Source: an uncultured Planctomycetia bacterium
GTDB taxonomy: Bacteria > Omnitrophota > Gorgyraeia > Tantalellales > Tantalellaceae
Direction of reading: 5' to 3'
Length of the DNA: 60,378 nt
Assembly: GCA_964527555.1 (NCBI GenBank)
Contig: CAZGOG010000007.1
Span: 1 to 60,378, forward strand
Below, piece after piece: positions 51,301-55,500 of the stretch. Under the pieces are notes generated by a model, which saw only the letters and a list, made by a program, of their open reading frames with translations, did not search any database and was not told where the DNA came from. A program made the translations under genes and the position numbers. The stretch's first letter is position 1. Every line of letters starts with the position of its first letter.

Positions 51301-52207
51301 GAATTTTGTTAAAACAGCAAGAGAAGAGATGGCTCCGCTTTCAGATCCCGAGGTAACGCCCGTACTTGATGACGACTCTTCAAGGCAGATAGAAGAGCTT
51401 GCTGCCAGGATAAAAAGCATTGAGCCCGAGCTTGGCTCGATAGTGTCAATGGACCTCGCCCTGAGTATTTATCAAAACAGAATACACAAGAGATACAACC
51501 TTTTCTGTGATGAAGGACGCAGGGAAGCGTATATAGAAAATTTAGATGAGATGAAAGAAGAACATTATCTTGTTTCTTATGCTGACGGTGCGGATGTTTT
51601 AAGCGGCAATAGCAATTTAATCGTACCGCCGGGAGTGGAAATAGGAAGAAGGCGTAAGAAGATGAATGTCGGGATGAACACCGATAAGCAGTATGACAAG
51701 TTCTTTGTGGTAGCACCAGAGGAAGGTATGACAGAAGACCAGATGCGTTCATTCAAAAAGATACTTGCTAAATTATGGATGCTTGAAAACATAGTGATAG
51801 ATGACAATATTGTAATACTTCCCAGGAAAGAGAAGGGAGGCAGTTACGCAACCAGCGAATTATTTACGATTCTTTCGGAAAGAACCGGCGGCAGGGCGAA
51901 GAAGGACAACACGGGTTTCAGGTGTATGATTGCAAGGAAGGATGAGAGCGAAGAGCAGCTTCGGTATGATGATAGCGAGATCCTGCAGATCGAGCTTTCA
52001 TATGGCTCCAGGAGCAATGTGCACCAGTACGAGTTTTTTGTCACGCAGCTTATCTCAAAGGCATGGAAAGAGTGGAGGAGGGATAATTCTCTAGAGGAAC
52101 TTGCACCGCTCATTTTTATGCCGGAGACAATTCTGCCCGTGGATTTGGAAGAGGAGATACGTAAATATTATGACAGGATCACAAGAGAGATACTTGTCAG
52201 GGCATAA
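30374..52207 (+). CDS. Giant multidomain membrane protein G3 (7277 aa): shared N-terminal domain, PPP phosphatase, PTS Enzyme I and HPr, TPR/HEAT segments, two kinase folds, ART-like domain, PD-(D/E)xK nuclease, CPBP-like module, PRTase-like domain, class II aldolase-like domain, P-loop kinase-like domain, shared C-terminal domain
   Basis: Uninterrupted ORF in the track; alternative starts at 30383 and 30389; motif coordinates are given in separate features. Confidence 0.96.
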   Translation: MGKMDMYRKHIIYKIISVVLILVFIHEQIGWTQGGRPVWAEAREYVSTYRDKLDTSNIDIPYDIAEKQDVLINGTGEIIINIQDAHASLSAQYSIANLLDSLATNYDLSLIAVEGASGYVDTSILKTFPDKEKRDKTAKELMAEGRMSAGEFFAVTHDETEVSLYGVEESELYRANLDSFRSVAANRAERIANVNALLKELDSLGEKVFSKDFRDLNEKCLLHREGKLTFTGYWEYIKDFAGKKKIAKPEGKELAKLLEAVGLEKSINFSRANDERRILIDELSEKMDKSGLEELVKRSIAFKDQKISQGEFYSYLLRLPEKYGIGPEKYTNLIAFAKYIALYESIEIFRLYHEIEAFEDGIRQELYRTSDEIELYRIIKMVRLVKQLYSMELTNGEYEYIKTNHNGINASGVSAFLRDKCNKYKIAIEGSYDLSSIFGGIDEALSFYEKAEMRNAAMLTNTVRRMRAEGKRVAALITGGYHTKGLASLMREKGLSYLVVTPKFEDGKERPYIAILTNKKKAYEKVLETGKYELAAELFFQDVQDTSDGAKRMDFILRRLFPGEERIPDESARIWIEAYKNTYQRHVDSLPEEDMAKKMTPEEFEKEIMKRAEGEVSVKQAPEEEAPAVSTGEKETEKKTPAEKRPMGIKGLMIAYWVSLGIMGLSIIDVICWVEGAAPLTVYCAFSIMSAVYVAAQVIIALGIDKAFRKIGIKIYADEIAWTEKKKIVVTPAFYVLSKPIQKLVLIHEKLHTSGHGETAAYALAPFLLVLYIAFPSLSWFKEMEPSKIILREEDKEEEWQIRKLNPRLDAEILKKTPPFKKRYITISDLHGIYPAELRRMLRSVGFISSKDEIIARNTVVVIGGDTIDRGPVSLELYKYVRYLQEEAQKTGCEVIRLLGNHEQMLYDGMRGNDESLLLWVYNLYRSGDEWGIDAFDYFYTQKAYYSADTGQGKADKETSEKLAVSGLREKIRMNTKWGEVSRLLAEDIEEGKFKAAHECNNVLFVHGGTTNALANYLTIVKKGYSAKLAADALNEEFRQHVEKEGNLSRLSRLRQALWDRFTGKRLPSHDDLNPAERNIVNGSGIDYLMVVGHASAKQNGRIRVSPYGNVINVDTGHIDAWGADHGFLVIEGNDFWAVELKQPQEETTREFITRTTEKRPGIKEKLEKVRTAINEKKYGEAGREIMKLVRELEFILTYSNSIRVNELNELREKSMTISEEYSEHLEISLIEDFVAEIREATYKFISSHEKAFSLEEMREIESFLSKRFDELKENWAEDAEAREILREIISETISFVIKHDSLYPNERNEFEAQLKELFSGYKGNDSQGALAVKALKSLMARINREEERIFDPLIFLREQAETIKRIAEKLADPRLAIDPRQVRLFMKEEMFPGERAEDLNGKVRERIAGLIMPEIIPTQKKDMIVGVRYRAFLEEIKKEYDKILAGRTAKYEKLRKAFGSVRNALKKTRKFIRRNRFLIAIGITLAASIMQALGINALGEGVFASGVMMAAGSGEEDNGEKEADDAKKPKEKPELPVHEAGHIAPFSLADKAEEAVPVPHGWIAKAWDVIGRALPGGKTETHKDIVARVISNTAHQDTEDFAIDVLEEGEESELLISTRKRQDIDRRVEEMIEEVCRAADIKDMNALQLQHVYEIPVTDYNDRRITVKVYCYKPKNNYVIEKATDRIRQAAGNYRGKTSIPSYTTSGLFARLRINGGNAVVPQKDSLKNLPEGMTGSDSFLPRIAYAIAKIEKNIEKMGEDTDLETPGMTDLYSILQEFSKTEAQAGVGAYKRLAGIIREKLVEVQRNIKNAEEEIIRIKKTSQEGVDPREIERKITLQTKIKDGAVMTEDKLRQLWYYINNPRGDYMAESLRIEKAGETRAPSRTPLVLIVDNLTPSQLDYIVNNHYVEAFVTKKATITSHWVIAAKNKNIPVAILDMPPILEQYNKEPADQITVEKDFIHKRMVLIRSDANHSAEVVFAPSMVDCRSFRDTLLQEEAFWEFVQAEMEEIVSGGNDQPWRDIKLEGTEAEISLLVNADTPEDIRKAREENHAGGVGLVRTEYLFSSDGAIDENGERPLVDYLERFFGVKKNPEKPEKTLKELRESSFLYKKTREALKEKMVKDFVALSEAAAGAPVTIRTIDFQLDDPGKETLIHKYLKTADYARKLFAMCEEEGLTQKVESGVDFYKNPLGREILQLQLEAAMEAYLISKEKNIKIMFPMISTIAGVDRLISNPDSVLMHAKMRALKDTKQEGADETSFDAIPIGIMVETDMAVRNISELVARKEISFYSIGTNDISRYLMAYVRIIEQYIERYIEKLKSKSHNIDKSKISDRVRTELSLNYGESVNYEDFLIHLMNVARYIKKYKSEHDDKDPEIGEIVKAFKGKQYESFPKLDEVVVEPLNRDDPDNAKYTTTLQQAVLIAITIVLGTIATYNENKAPDERKELSICGEMGSWYNFQVFLVKKLMKLDIVPGQVPLSLSMARGRIPAVNVFIRGIKEHHLETVDTFLEPGKDIFGAIPVDQMADGVVERVFEDIFAQENGDRISVPKMYEKLKQELATKGINELKTPDERRKRTLYTLELLTRLGGPEAVGETLPTDIKGDFPVSSKLDEEAIAKRGREILTELAKKKAQKTEDSALKAAETFVIRSNQGLHPRPACAIIDKAEEYGVLLKYIAYKPEGEAAEEAGDILLRTSDDKYPDRLYGTRALLEKSLLELEATGERAREFLDALTSDDIGVYDTDPLTDTVMKFMEVSEEKLSPERYKEEPGQPGEKLPISTRGLILSGLFSLFCTLIVTVLACLVAEIIKQHYLWIFIIASGFIFHFAYKFGKDWQLADVIIRAYETAKIAPEEVYPAWTEDETIHVFVNVYDEISKEFQVKIHTHEKAHVFLNRLLKKVGLRQGKVLTAINHFAAYQFPWLGRFAKDVKTQPEFYRRKPVAPSETKTNWVIEVITVCGVLLIFGAAFIYMGYKAGEQLIRKALYAVRIRRDLESDDEKSAGYYLEGLWLCYQNRFAEAIDSFGKALKTRDPSREFDFTSGTREYKEAWIMVDRIKAYIDRIIASGRHEECKQIWKRCADNDAVFIMIERIYDQDYSRKTIINKMRKRLVKGEVSWRQNILFAPGELDLEEGDILLEKETGEVYWCHVNETDTVTNAINFASSSSEGTLRITINKELPMLFEPDDERDLRNRIKRAFVKLAPSTIGSSLNVINIDNEQERAKLISELVEKESEKGDKSVESVIRRMVLEDLLNCSESEDLRRTIIDAIKALANRDNPGDEEMRVLLAEYLLEEKDINLGDIRPLFSGDKASPHQRKKVISTIIEKATKFNQEEVRALLAGQLVHTVVTGLKKLKIHHKVTIRSTEKILSALTRHTSASQPEEVRSLIVRSLIDDVEFSSAGHIEAERFAEIIEIIKGIEESFHALAVILEGRNPALRKTAVKLITELDDKPGNKEIKEFLERKTKTESKIKSIFRMMRGTTKSSRFIKVLIYLAIAALCGMAPMMVIMPSEEIRSFKDFDNEFEVIEMLHRHVPDGYGMDTVGATIFKVRYLGETVELVTGGILKKGSVCVLKTATDDEFIVPQGQLLAKTLNPGNRSLHVPKLYGLVEKIENTAIGEENGLKGTGLLLEFIEGETLDKYLKKLRLEEPRVKEEKSIRLALELFENYKRIYVDNGCVNGDLDPTGIIIRESASGEGIVPVFIDNATVIKLRKAYTSQEAKRRMVAKAKYLNPDRRRRIEDHFTADELCKTRDDIYSLCVILLSNLAPAPLDTLYRDKGAYPPNEGKFRHLIGILAKYMQKAQDENQYFTAGDIIEEIKGIMPGEESDTKEDFLERIEAQLLDLGMNTLEVGWHLTRIGSILEAEGEEAATLELERLKDPYRVGRIEAGFEDVVRDFLKVTDKKLSEMDDKDLKQLIKEFLAALQRKERGWNASPAFKKLFEKMLNEYLRKDQIEIYKTCYGHFDVKDLVLVLQRLHSLTEDMPRYGMREEALPEFTLVKLLSNMALISKATYYNEMKKAGFMPAEWGTVTIDEDLEKWLDGPGDKTFYISDTNDREEHKRFVKTIAQHYGIDLLKLEKNFIYVHTLAQQQKEKDLSERLDDPYGVHIHLLGHMKQVLEKVLEVRYDLRKDGYDIEEFIGRGYDGIVFKGKGPQGNSVTIKINFTNDYLVFGVKGVRDPFSVADKFMKLAEITGDNRNLAKIKKIKRVPVRDDVVVVEIRQYTPEGYVLMDGVARRDFRKMGLAESLDAAVQFLESEKSLMDRSFVDTDAPNLENYIMSPEEDLTRIDYGNVKEQSELGDLSTIQVVRCRQVAILTALRILTGQLWFELAPGTKQPTLEIFANIFGEEYKTVAKGIFEDMEEAWESDDKDIAKVFQRLIDKLKARKEAVFPGQDLLEANEATSTPKININKPGLLITGIDRFHEEPDEEYYERLRSVLRDGLKPRKDIPRELLKRHHPLSVPDFVSLSMVGKSRGYAGTWACISIYAPNPNLSRPDKIPKEKIAFIINPDYVKEHPEAFKAVGPFFKENSEHFADYTDEEGTIFGGIQYSEPPLRMVISPTVEPIDAMKDEVWSEAIPADAIIGAIVYKEHAEEFRDLIVDGFPGKVIQVFDPNGKLLFDTGIGSKDSGEAEASRKGLGIILRNICKYPLIFVLMYGLVDFLIGETARGNLALTIVNISITFFATGVAMVRVFKDSGDDYIDDEPGSKGAGFDLAEEEESVEEEDEKWEWAMSENAEEVADFFLELFKKNPALLGKTILTKELHSELNNFLRREFSETRFMETLDCVFNTVYCSGEFTDKKCKKVIINGIKPYRKKRREAPAVSPLSKPRAPLGSYILKFSDYEWQLYRRFALKTGLDELMPNLTGGNWDQFFRTLEAAEALENMGASIKEFEARIRNVKTGVEGHPTTGLEADMVITVDEGDKRKRYLVEHKESGTKALGAVISTFFKEPEGKFSQWERYKITAKNKKGPDHKRIYDGVILACERREASRFPSSEMIPLSAILEKSSLTADKKEAIKKKAEITESVEEEMFHVFTYRTTKPSKPTATIKSIKDWMAPEMNDEEYSLRIAPRLEEAIFFLIPMLIGHFAFGIDSLWTVCLMALARGVFFFMHEGAREHAPPEKYEIPLAVSVSGFTLSILPIFFSALLLNPFIVILFLTFAAITGHWAANKFAITRQLTPAAISLEGDPEKNFQEALIKLKEGTTEEKIDACSQLAEIGRTEAIRHIIKAGSGYGVDSRLKIAVIDALATLKRVPLKKRETTEIGSSIPGIINSVLSEMGISEDSVRICGPYEKIRIKFDLSDSPKNKIHRLETLLREKFGLAHINANFYICDPETLVIEFQLSVENLTAFWRALGTMDLKVDEEGNYRKFTMVELVGKIKERTQMLLDGMELELDMLDATLPEDAGKYEDPKLYEKYRSLYFFVYGDGTNTNPGLINIMQDPEKMRAISDSEDMTRYKGEREASKVKQVDGKRYVSYGDSQLLKVESVKGRMNYCSVNDMITMAESNPYFVNYLEHVYEEKYGADGIKRWIYLARAAGSVFQTAYTMDIIRNQESSDNMFFISQDTVSPYDLYGARIASLVGHSGDDPDKDFQWLESIIMKDLDNKYTEREEKWRELLDSIWGQLETSCILEGVKAGEHIMVVDEIANGTYDFMFKYIVEKKTLEKDQERYQKELQELCERGEGENGAEKGKIRPPQPIYVDIFVGKPRTAEIRGYPRMEAGKIMEDFGLTRSQAFEIIEAISTVADFMPHPVKVSDDIKPPVLDSDFPIQLEENDVLVSSYLKALLGVNGIIEYHDTICFNPIVAMLKSDNDPEVRKAAISALVKFDYADMAERAKKVLIEISSEESDPFVRGAAANAVISIIVRQLGDSIRFHESGIVEVLDIRELMKRIDVIMAAVDSPYAPAREFALHMISVISPEFFNLVSSKRSTLPVSSKPIMDAARKNNFAVPAINIGLGKISLHLQAEAVLKAARDMNATVGFSIFAEDFENFDYEKELLPVEWTAEVAENVFDETDPVYFYHFEYTGVTEFDNQQFARSKNLITRALEQGYTSISIDCSSLSIEGKVYAKGKDPNAKGAFQGIFRKVDAKKESGALYEKFELLKENTATQKWESIGTITMKDGEVVEVPQSMEHWGAQNILVDRQLSARERLEHVIKATAELYYHTIKEARRLEMSIGIGAVLDEAGAGRTFYSKEQRTFKKTITLPEDVSAFLKGVTEAVNRRLRFEQEIDIPFDTIAIDNGLSYGYKFDRDDRLVPQGEKEVDLERTAMLAELAKVGITQHGFSGTKPDVAGAFPSKGISKVNASHEWNAIVWRVLEAYCPDVYQKVFRASRERAIIENAPFVTGDADADFWKAKNRIVFGYANKVFSEASRKGDYELINKVKDSLQNSTRRMNITGEIPEDIPATYIVHDMQLKDDNKGLLAVELIQLLTYRKARRIFKIMNCARSSMKIVEEGDRLLGAQLSDLFHREYIFTSIGTTNFEEATSDVFERIIKAHGRNKNTERPTISLFLGAQACGKRSVLRDITQRLADSPADGKPRIHDISMEDGWLVGHSRRHDTSIFGNYDLTGRLGFRDFLRNIRAGGDGYRAFFNRNTRKRCRLVNMEKFVSGDIEYVDETTATREIRELIKRLKEAGAQEFRIQEVTLLKIFDDAGNYLIEDKDLCEELEESLNPVLKEKEEDPYFERKNLFIDITERKDGAFITGDIVERITPAENDIFLITSRVAGNDKVFLPEEREELFDVVMGIWAPPELRKIKLIQQMRTGLIYRYVPENVILSMFDKKMITEEMTQIDPTLWNADVVLLNTSTFEDLIISEELREKLPNALLKKAYAVLTDYLVRSGKPELSQKEKLKIGAILSEYAQEARQNGIIEKMAAMVKGLQDEVIRPGLMEARKPLKEEKPILVGLSMEVFGELNEKDLEELTELAVQVAFPEGASRAEMLDDLEKARERMSLDIAVLIDVDDGAENVMDLIRNFVKTAREEMAPLSDPEVTPVLDDDSSRQIEELAARIKSIEPELGSIVSMDLALSIYQNRIHKRYNLFCDEGRREAYIENLDEMKEEHYLVSYADGADVLSGNSNLIVPPGVEIGRRRKKMNVGMNTDKQYDKFFVVAPEEGMTEDQMRSFKKILAKLWMLENIVIDDNIVILPRKEKGGSYATSELFTILSERTGGRAKKDNTGFRCMIARKDESEEQLRYDDSEILQIELSYGSRSNVHQYEFFVTQLISKAWKEWRRDNSLEELAPLIFMPETILPVDLEEEIRKYYDRITREILVRA
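32840..33800 (+). other. Calcineurin-like metallophosphoesterase (PPP/Shewanella-like) domain
   Basis: SDLHG (32858), GDTIDRG (32966), GNHE (33071), HGG (33392), VVGH (33653), VDTG. Confidence 0.92.
36030..37860 (+). other. PTS Enzyme I (PEP-protein phosphotransferase)-like phospho-His and PEP-binding domains
   Basis: TSHW (His 36140) in the DNLTPS...TSH...A...IP context; GVGLVRTEYLF (36554), VTIRTID, NPLG, IMFPMI, GIMVET, SIGTND, ICGEMG (Cys 37727). Confidence 0.93.
38305..38580 (+). other. HPr-like phosphocarrier domain
   Basis: FVIRSNQGLHPRPACAII (His 38342) and C-terminal LELEATGERAREFLDAL, matching HPr GLHARPA...l.a.G.d...al.al. Confidence 0.8.
40920..41830 (+). other. Degenerate Ser/Thr protein kinase-like fold
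   Basis: VCVLK, LLLEFIEGETL (41264), NGDLDPTG (Asp 41414), FIDNA (41483), YLNPD, DDIYSLCVIL. Confidence 0.75.
42760..43500 (+). other. Protein kinase-like fold with Gly-rich loop
   Basis: IGRGYDGIV (42791), VTIK (Lys 42854), DTDAPNLENYIM (43172-43204), IDYG (43235). Confidence 0.78.
43600..44240 (+). other. Possible ADP-ribosyltransferase-fold domain
   Basis: LRSVLRDGLKPR (43673), FVSLS, IAFIINP, DEV...IPADAIIGAIV (44081). Confidence 0.45.
44930..45340 (+). other. PD-(D/E)xK restriction-endonuclease-fold nuclease domain
   Basis: EAAEAL, EADMV (Asp 45113), LVEHK (45164-45172), QWERY (45242-45256), GVIL. Confidence 0.65.
45570..45890 (+). other. CPBP (CAAX/Abi/Rce1)-like intramembrane protease module
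   Basis: Four hydrophobic segments with IAPRLEE (EE 45593-45598), FFFMH (His 45707) and HWAAN (45869-45883). Confidence 0.55.
45940..48140 (+). repeat. HEAT/PBS-lyase-like repeats flanking a PRTase-like insert
   Basis: EKIDACSQLAEIG...LKIAVIDALATL (about 45990-46125); DPEVRKAAISAL and DPFVRGAAANAV (about 47810-47960); YLARAAG (46970) and HIMVVDEIANGT (47306) lie between. Confidence 0.6.
48180..49700 (+). other. Class II fructose-bisphosphate aldolase-like TIM barrel lacking Zn ligands
   Basis: AARKNNFAVPAIN, GYTSISIDCSSL, TLPEDV..F, QHGFSG (49223) and GISKVN are present; HxDH reads HFEY (48440) and GxxHG reads GLSYG (49103). Confidence 0.85.
49890..50800 (+). other. Degenerate P-loop kinase (uridine kinase/phosphoribulokinase-like)
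   Basis: FLGAQACGKRS (49916-49942), ISMEDGW, and LFDVVMGIWAPPELRKIKLIQQ resembling the family FD..i.v.ap...R..R motif. Confidence 0.55.
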
Positions 52208-52231
52208 CTTCTTTATATATAAGGGATAAGG

Positions 52232-52353
52232 TGAAGCTCCATGGGCTAACGCCCATGACATCCACAGTTTCAGTCTTTCCGTCAAGCGGAACCCTGCACC
52301 GAAGGTCATTCATCCACGCCCTTACGGGCGCGGCCTTCTGGTGCATGGGTAAA
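52232..52353. mobile_element. Non-autonomous palindromic element resembling IS200/IS605 end sequences
   Basis: Hairpin CATGGGC-TAAC-GCCCATG (52240-52257); long stem ACCCTGCACCGAAGGTC / GGCCTTCTGGTGCATGGGT enclosing TTCATCCA-CGCCC-TTAC-GGGCG; no transposase in the window. Confidence 0.5.
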
Positions 52354-52405
52354 TAATTTTTTTTGACCAAAATGTTAAGTTATAAAATAGCTAGAGAGTA
52401 AAAGA

Positions 52406-52435
52406 TTGACAAATTTAGTAAAAAATTGATATACT
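52406..52435 (+). promoter_or_regulatory. sigma70-type promoter with extended -10 for G4
   Basis: TTGACA (52406-52411), 18 nt spacer, TGn, TATACT (52430-52435). Confidence 0.7.
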
Positions 52436-52557
52436 GAGAGATAGTTAAATATATAAAAGGAAGAAAAATCATGGTTTTTAGATTTCTGAAATCTACACTA
52501 TCGTATGGGAGTGCGATAGAAAAGTCAGATTATGTCAAACTAATAGTTTTAAACCCG

Positions 52558-52563
52558 AGGAGG
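52558..52563 (+). promoter_or_regulatory. Ribosome binding site of G4
   Basis: AGGAGG 8 nt upstream of ATG 52572; an in-frame TGA at 52566 fixes this ATG as the first possible start. Confidence 0.85.
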
Positions 52564-52571
52564 GGTGAGTT

Positions 52572-55500
52572 ATGTCTTCATACTGTCCGAAATTGCGTAA
52601 AGTATTTACCTTTGTGATAGCAGGTCTCTTTCTGTTTAATAGCGCCTGTAGTGGCGTGAATCTTTCAAGCAATAACTCCACTCTTGCACCAAGTCCCATC
52701 GTCTTCCAAAACACATTTATTCCGGAAAATTCCACCGAATTCAAAGAATCAGTTTTAGCCGATATTAAATTTATGACAGTCACTTCTTTCGTAGCGTCTT
52801 ATTTTTTAGAAAAGGCTCAGGATATATCGGCGTTTCCAAAGGCGATGCATGATAAATTCAGAAACACCAGAGATTTTCTGGAAGGAATAGACCTAAACGG
52901 TATCCGCGTGGAAGAGGGCATCATTTACATCCCTTTTGGAAGAGACGGCAGACAGTTAGAAGCGGTAGTATGCTCAAAGGAGAAATTCGCTTCGCTTGAC
53001 CTTACTGACTCAATATGGGGTGAGTCTGATAAATTTGGAATACTAGTGGTTGAAAAAGGTAAAGAAAACCCTGATAAAGATATTAAAGATAGCACTGCGT
53101 CTAAATCGAATCCTGTAATACAAAAACTTATAAAAGAAGGTAACATGCTTGAAATTGCTTATTCAAGTGATAAGAATAAGCTTGTAGCGAATAGAATCAT
53201 ATATTTTGAGGGATATGAAGCAGGCACGACAGTCAGGCATACGCAGCAGTATAAAGGACCAGAAACATATAAAGGTGAAGAAGTGCCGCTTGAAGAAATA
53301 TTGAATGAAGGACAAGTGGAAATTCTCATGAATTGGATAAAGAGCGAAAAACATAAAGTAATGGATGAATATGTAAAATTCAGAATTGCACTTGGTATGC
53401 CCGCACTTGGATGGGAAACCCATTCAGGCGGGGCAAAACATATAAATATTACACATGCCGGCAGACGCGATAAAGTAATACATATAGGACAAGAGTTTCT
53501 GCATCATATTTTAAATGAACTTGCGCCAGGCACGACCGAGGAGCAAATTTTAGAACATGAACTTAGACATATAACAGATAAAGATTTCGAATGCACACAG
53601 GATCCGAATTATTCTGATATTTTACAAAAGAGCCGGGGAATAGTTGATACCCTTATACTGAAAGGCGCCAGTCACAGAACAGTTAGGGATTTTGAGAATG
53701 AAGAGGGACTGGCCATGGGCGAAGAGGGCAGGATCCCCGTGGGAACGACAGATCTTGAGATAATAGAGTTAGATCCGGAAGAGGTGGATATAGAGCTTTC
53801 ACTGGCTGATGATATTTCTTTTCTTCCGAATAGATTTAACTGCTGGAATGGTATAGTGCGGGATAAAATGGTCGCAAGAATAATTGTTCCGCGTAACAGA
53901 TTTCATACAAAGCCGGTAGGAGGCATTACCAGACAAGAGCTTGTTCTTCCCGCCGATGACATAGGCGACAGTTTCAGAGAAATGAGAGAAAGCACATATA
54001 CTCCAAGTCGCAATGACCACCTCGACGGTAAAGGTCTTGATTACCAGGACCTGGGCAATGATCCGAATTTTATAGGTTATGTAGGAAACGGAAACCTTCT
54101 CATGAATCCAAGAATTGTAGGATGGAGGGAAGGTGAGTTTATACACCTGGAAGGCGAACCAATCGATAGGCCTTATCCATGTCTGGTTCGGTTTAAGGAT
54201 TTTGAGGATGAACAGATAAAAGCTTTTCCTGAGGATGTACAGAAAATATTAAAAGAAGGTAGAACACAGATCCGGAAATTAAGATTTGATAATGATGGTG
54301 CAACAGTTGTGGATATAGACGTGGAAACAGGCAAAGAGACAGTTATAACGCATATATTAAGCTTTGCCAGTTCCGGAATCGGAATAATGGAAAACGAGCA
54401 AAATAGCAATATCCTGAAATTCATTATCAAAGGAGAAGAATCAGAAGATAACGAGTTATGGCAGGATTATGATATAAGGCATTATCTTGCGCTTCCTTTC
54501 TTGGGTGGTAAGAGAGGTGCTTTTGCAATGGATCAATTTTATCCGGTTGGCGGCAGACCCGATATCGATCTTATAGAAAGAGCCGTAAGGGGTGAAGTTG
54601 TTTCATTGGACTATAAAGATGACTATAAGGATATTTTAATAAGAACAGTCAAGAGGATGGGATATAAAGAAATCTTTGAAGGTACAAAAGATGAAGACTA
54701 CGGGACATTTGATTTTTCGCTTGATGGAAAGAACAAAAAGATCAAGTTTAGACTACAGCCGGCACTTTATCCCAACAACATATGTGTCCAGACGACGGAT
54801 AACAAAATAGTTTTTGTTATAGCCCAAGGTTTTTCGAGTAGTAAAGGGATTGCTTTTATTGATATCCCGAGAATGCTTAAGGAAATTGGAATAAAGGCCA
54901 AAAATGTAATAGTTTTTGATAACGGCGGAGATGCTATGCTGAATTTTAGAGGGGTAAGTGTTGCCCCTTCTTTTAATAACCGCGACAGGATTATGAATAT
55001 GTTTGTTTTCAAGAAGCGTTTTGGTAAAAAAGACCGAGGCATGGGAAAGGCCAAGGATGAGCTTGAGGCAGGCAAAAGAAGGGTTAAATTCTTACGGAGT
55101 CTCCATAGATATGTTTTAGACAAAAAAAGAGAAGATCCTCAAGTATCTTTCAGTCTCATAGAAAGGTTTATATATGAGAATGGCCATTTCATTGCGGATC
55201 AGATAGAAAAAGCTTTGGATGTAATGGAAAGTTATATAAAAGAGGAAGCTTACGGTGGAAATAAGCCGAATGAGGAAAGCCGCGTTAAAGAGAGAGAAGT
55301 TAGACGCAGAGTGAATAACATGGTCCGAGCGATAAACTTTGGTGTAGATAATTTTTCCGGTGTCCAAAGCCAAAATATTGAAGGACTTTTTGAAGATGCA
55401 TTTGACCTGGACGAATTTTTTGTAGAGGTTGTACGGACAATGGAGAATATAGGAAGTTCGGATTTTTCTGATAAAGAGATAGAAGTGTTAAAGGAGATAT

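Noticed and set aside
6531-52394. AGCTAG hexamer in all three upstream regions (6531, 30329, 52389)
   Set aside because: It is only 6 nt and its position relative to the promoter is inconsistent; not enough for an operator call.
52630-52660. Lipobox in the G4 signal (NSAC)
   Set aside because: The -3 residue is Asn rather than L/V/I, so lipidation cannot be supported; SignalP would decide.
54609-54632. DYKDDYKD resembling a FLAG tag (possible vector contamination)
   Set aside because: It is not DYKDDDDK, and it lies in frame within a domain homologous to G1; coincidence.
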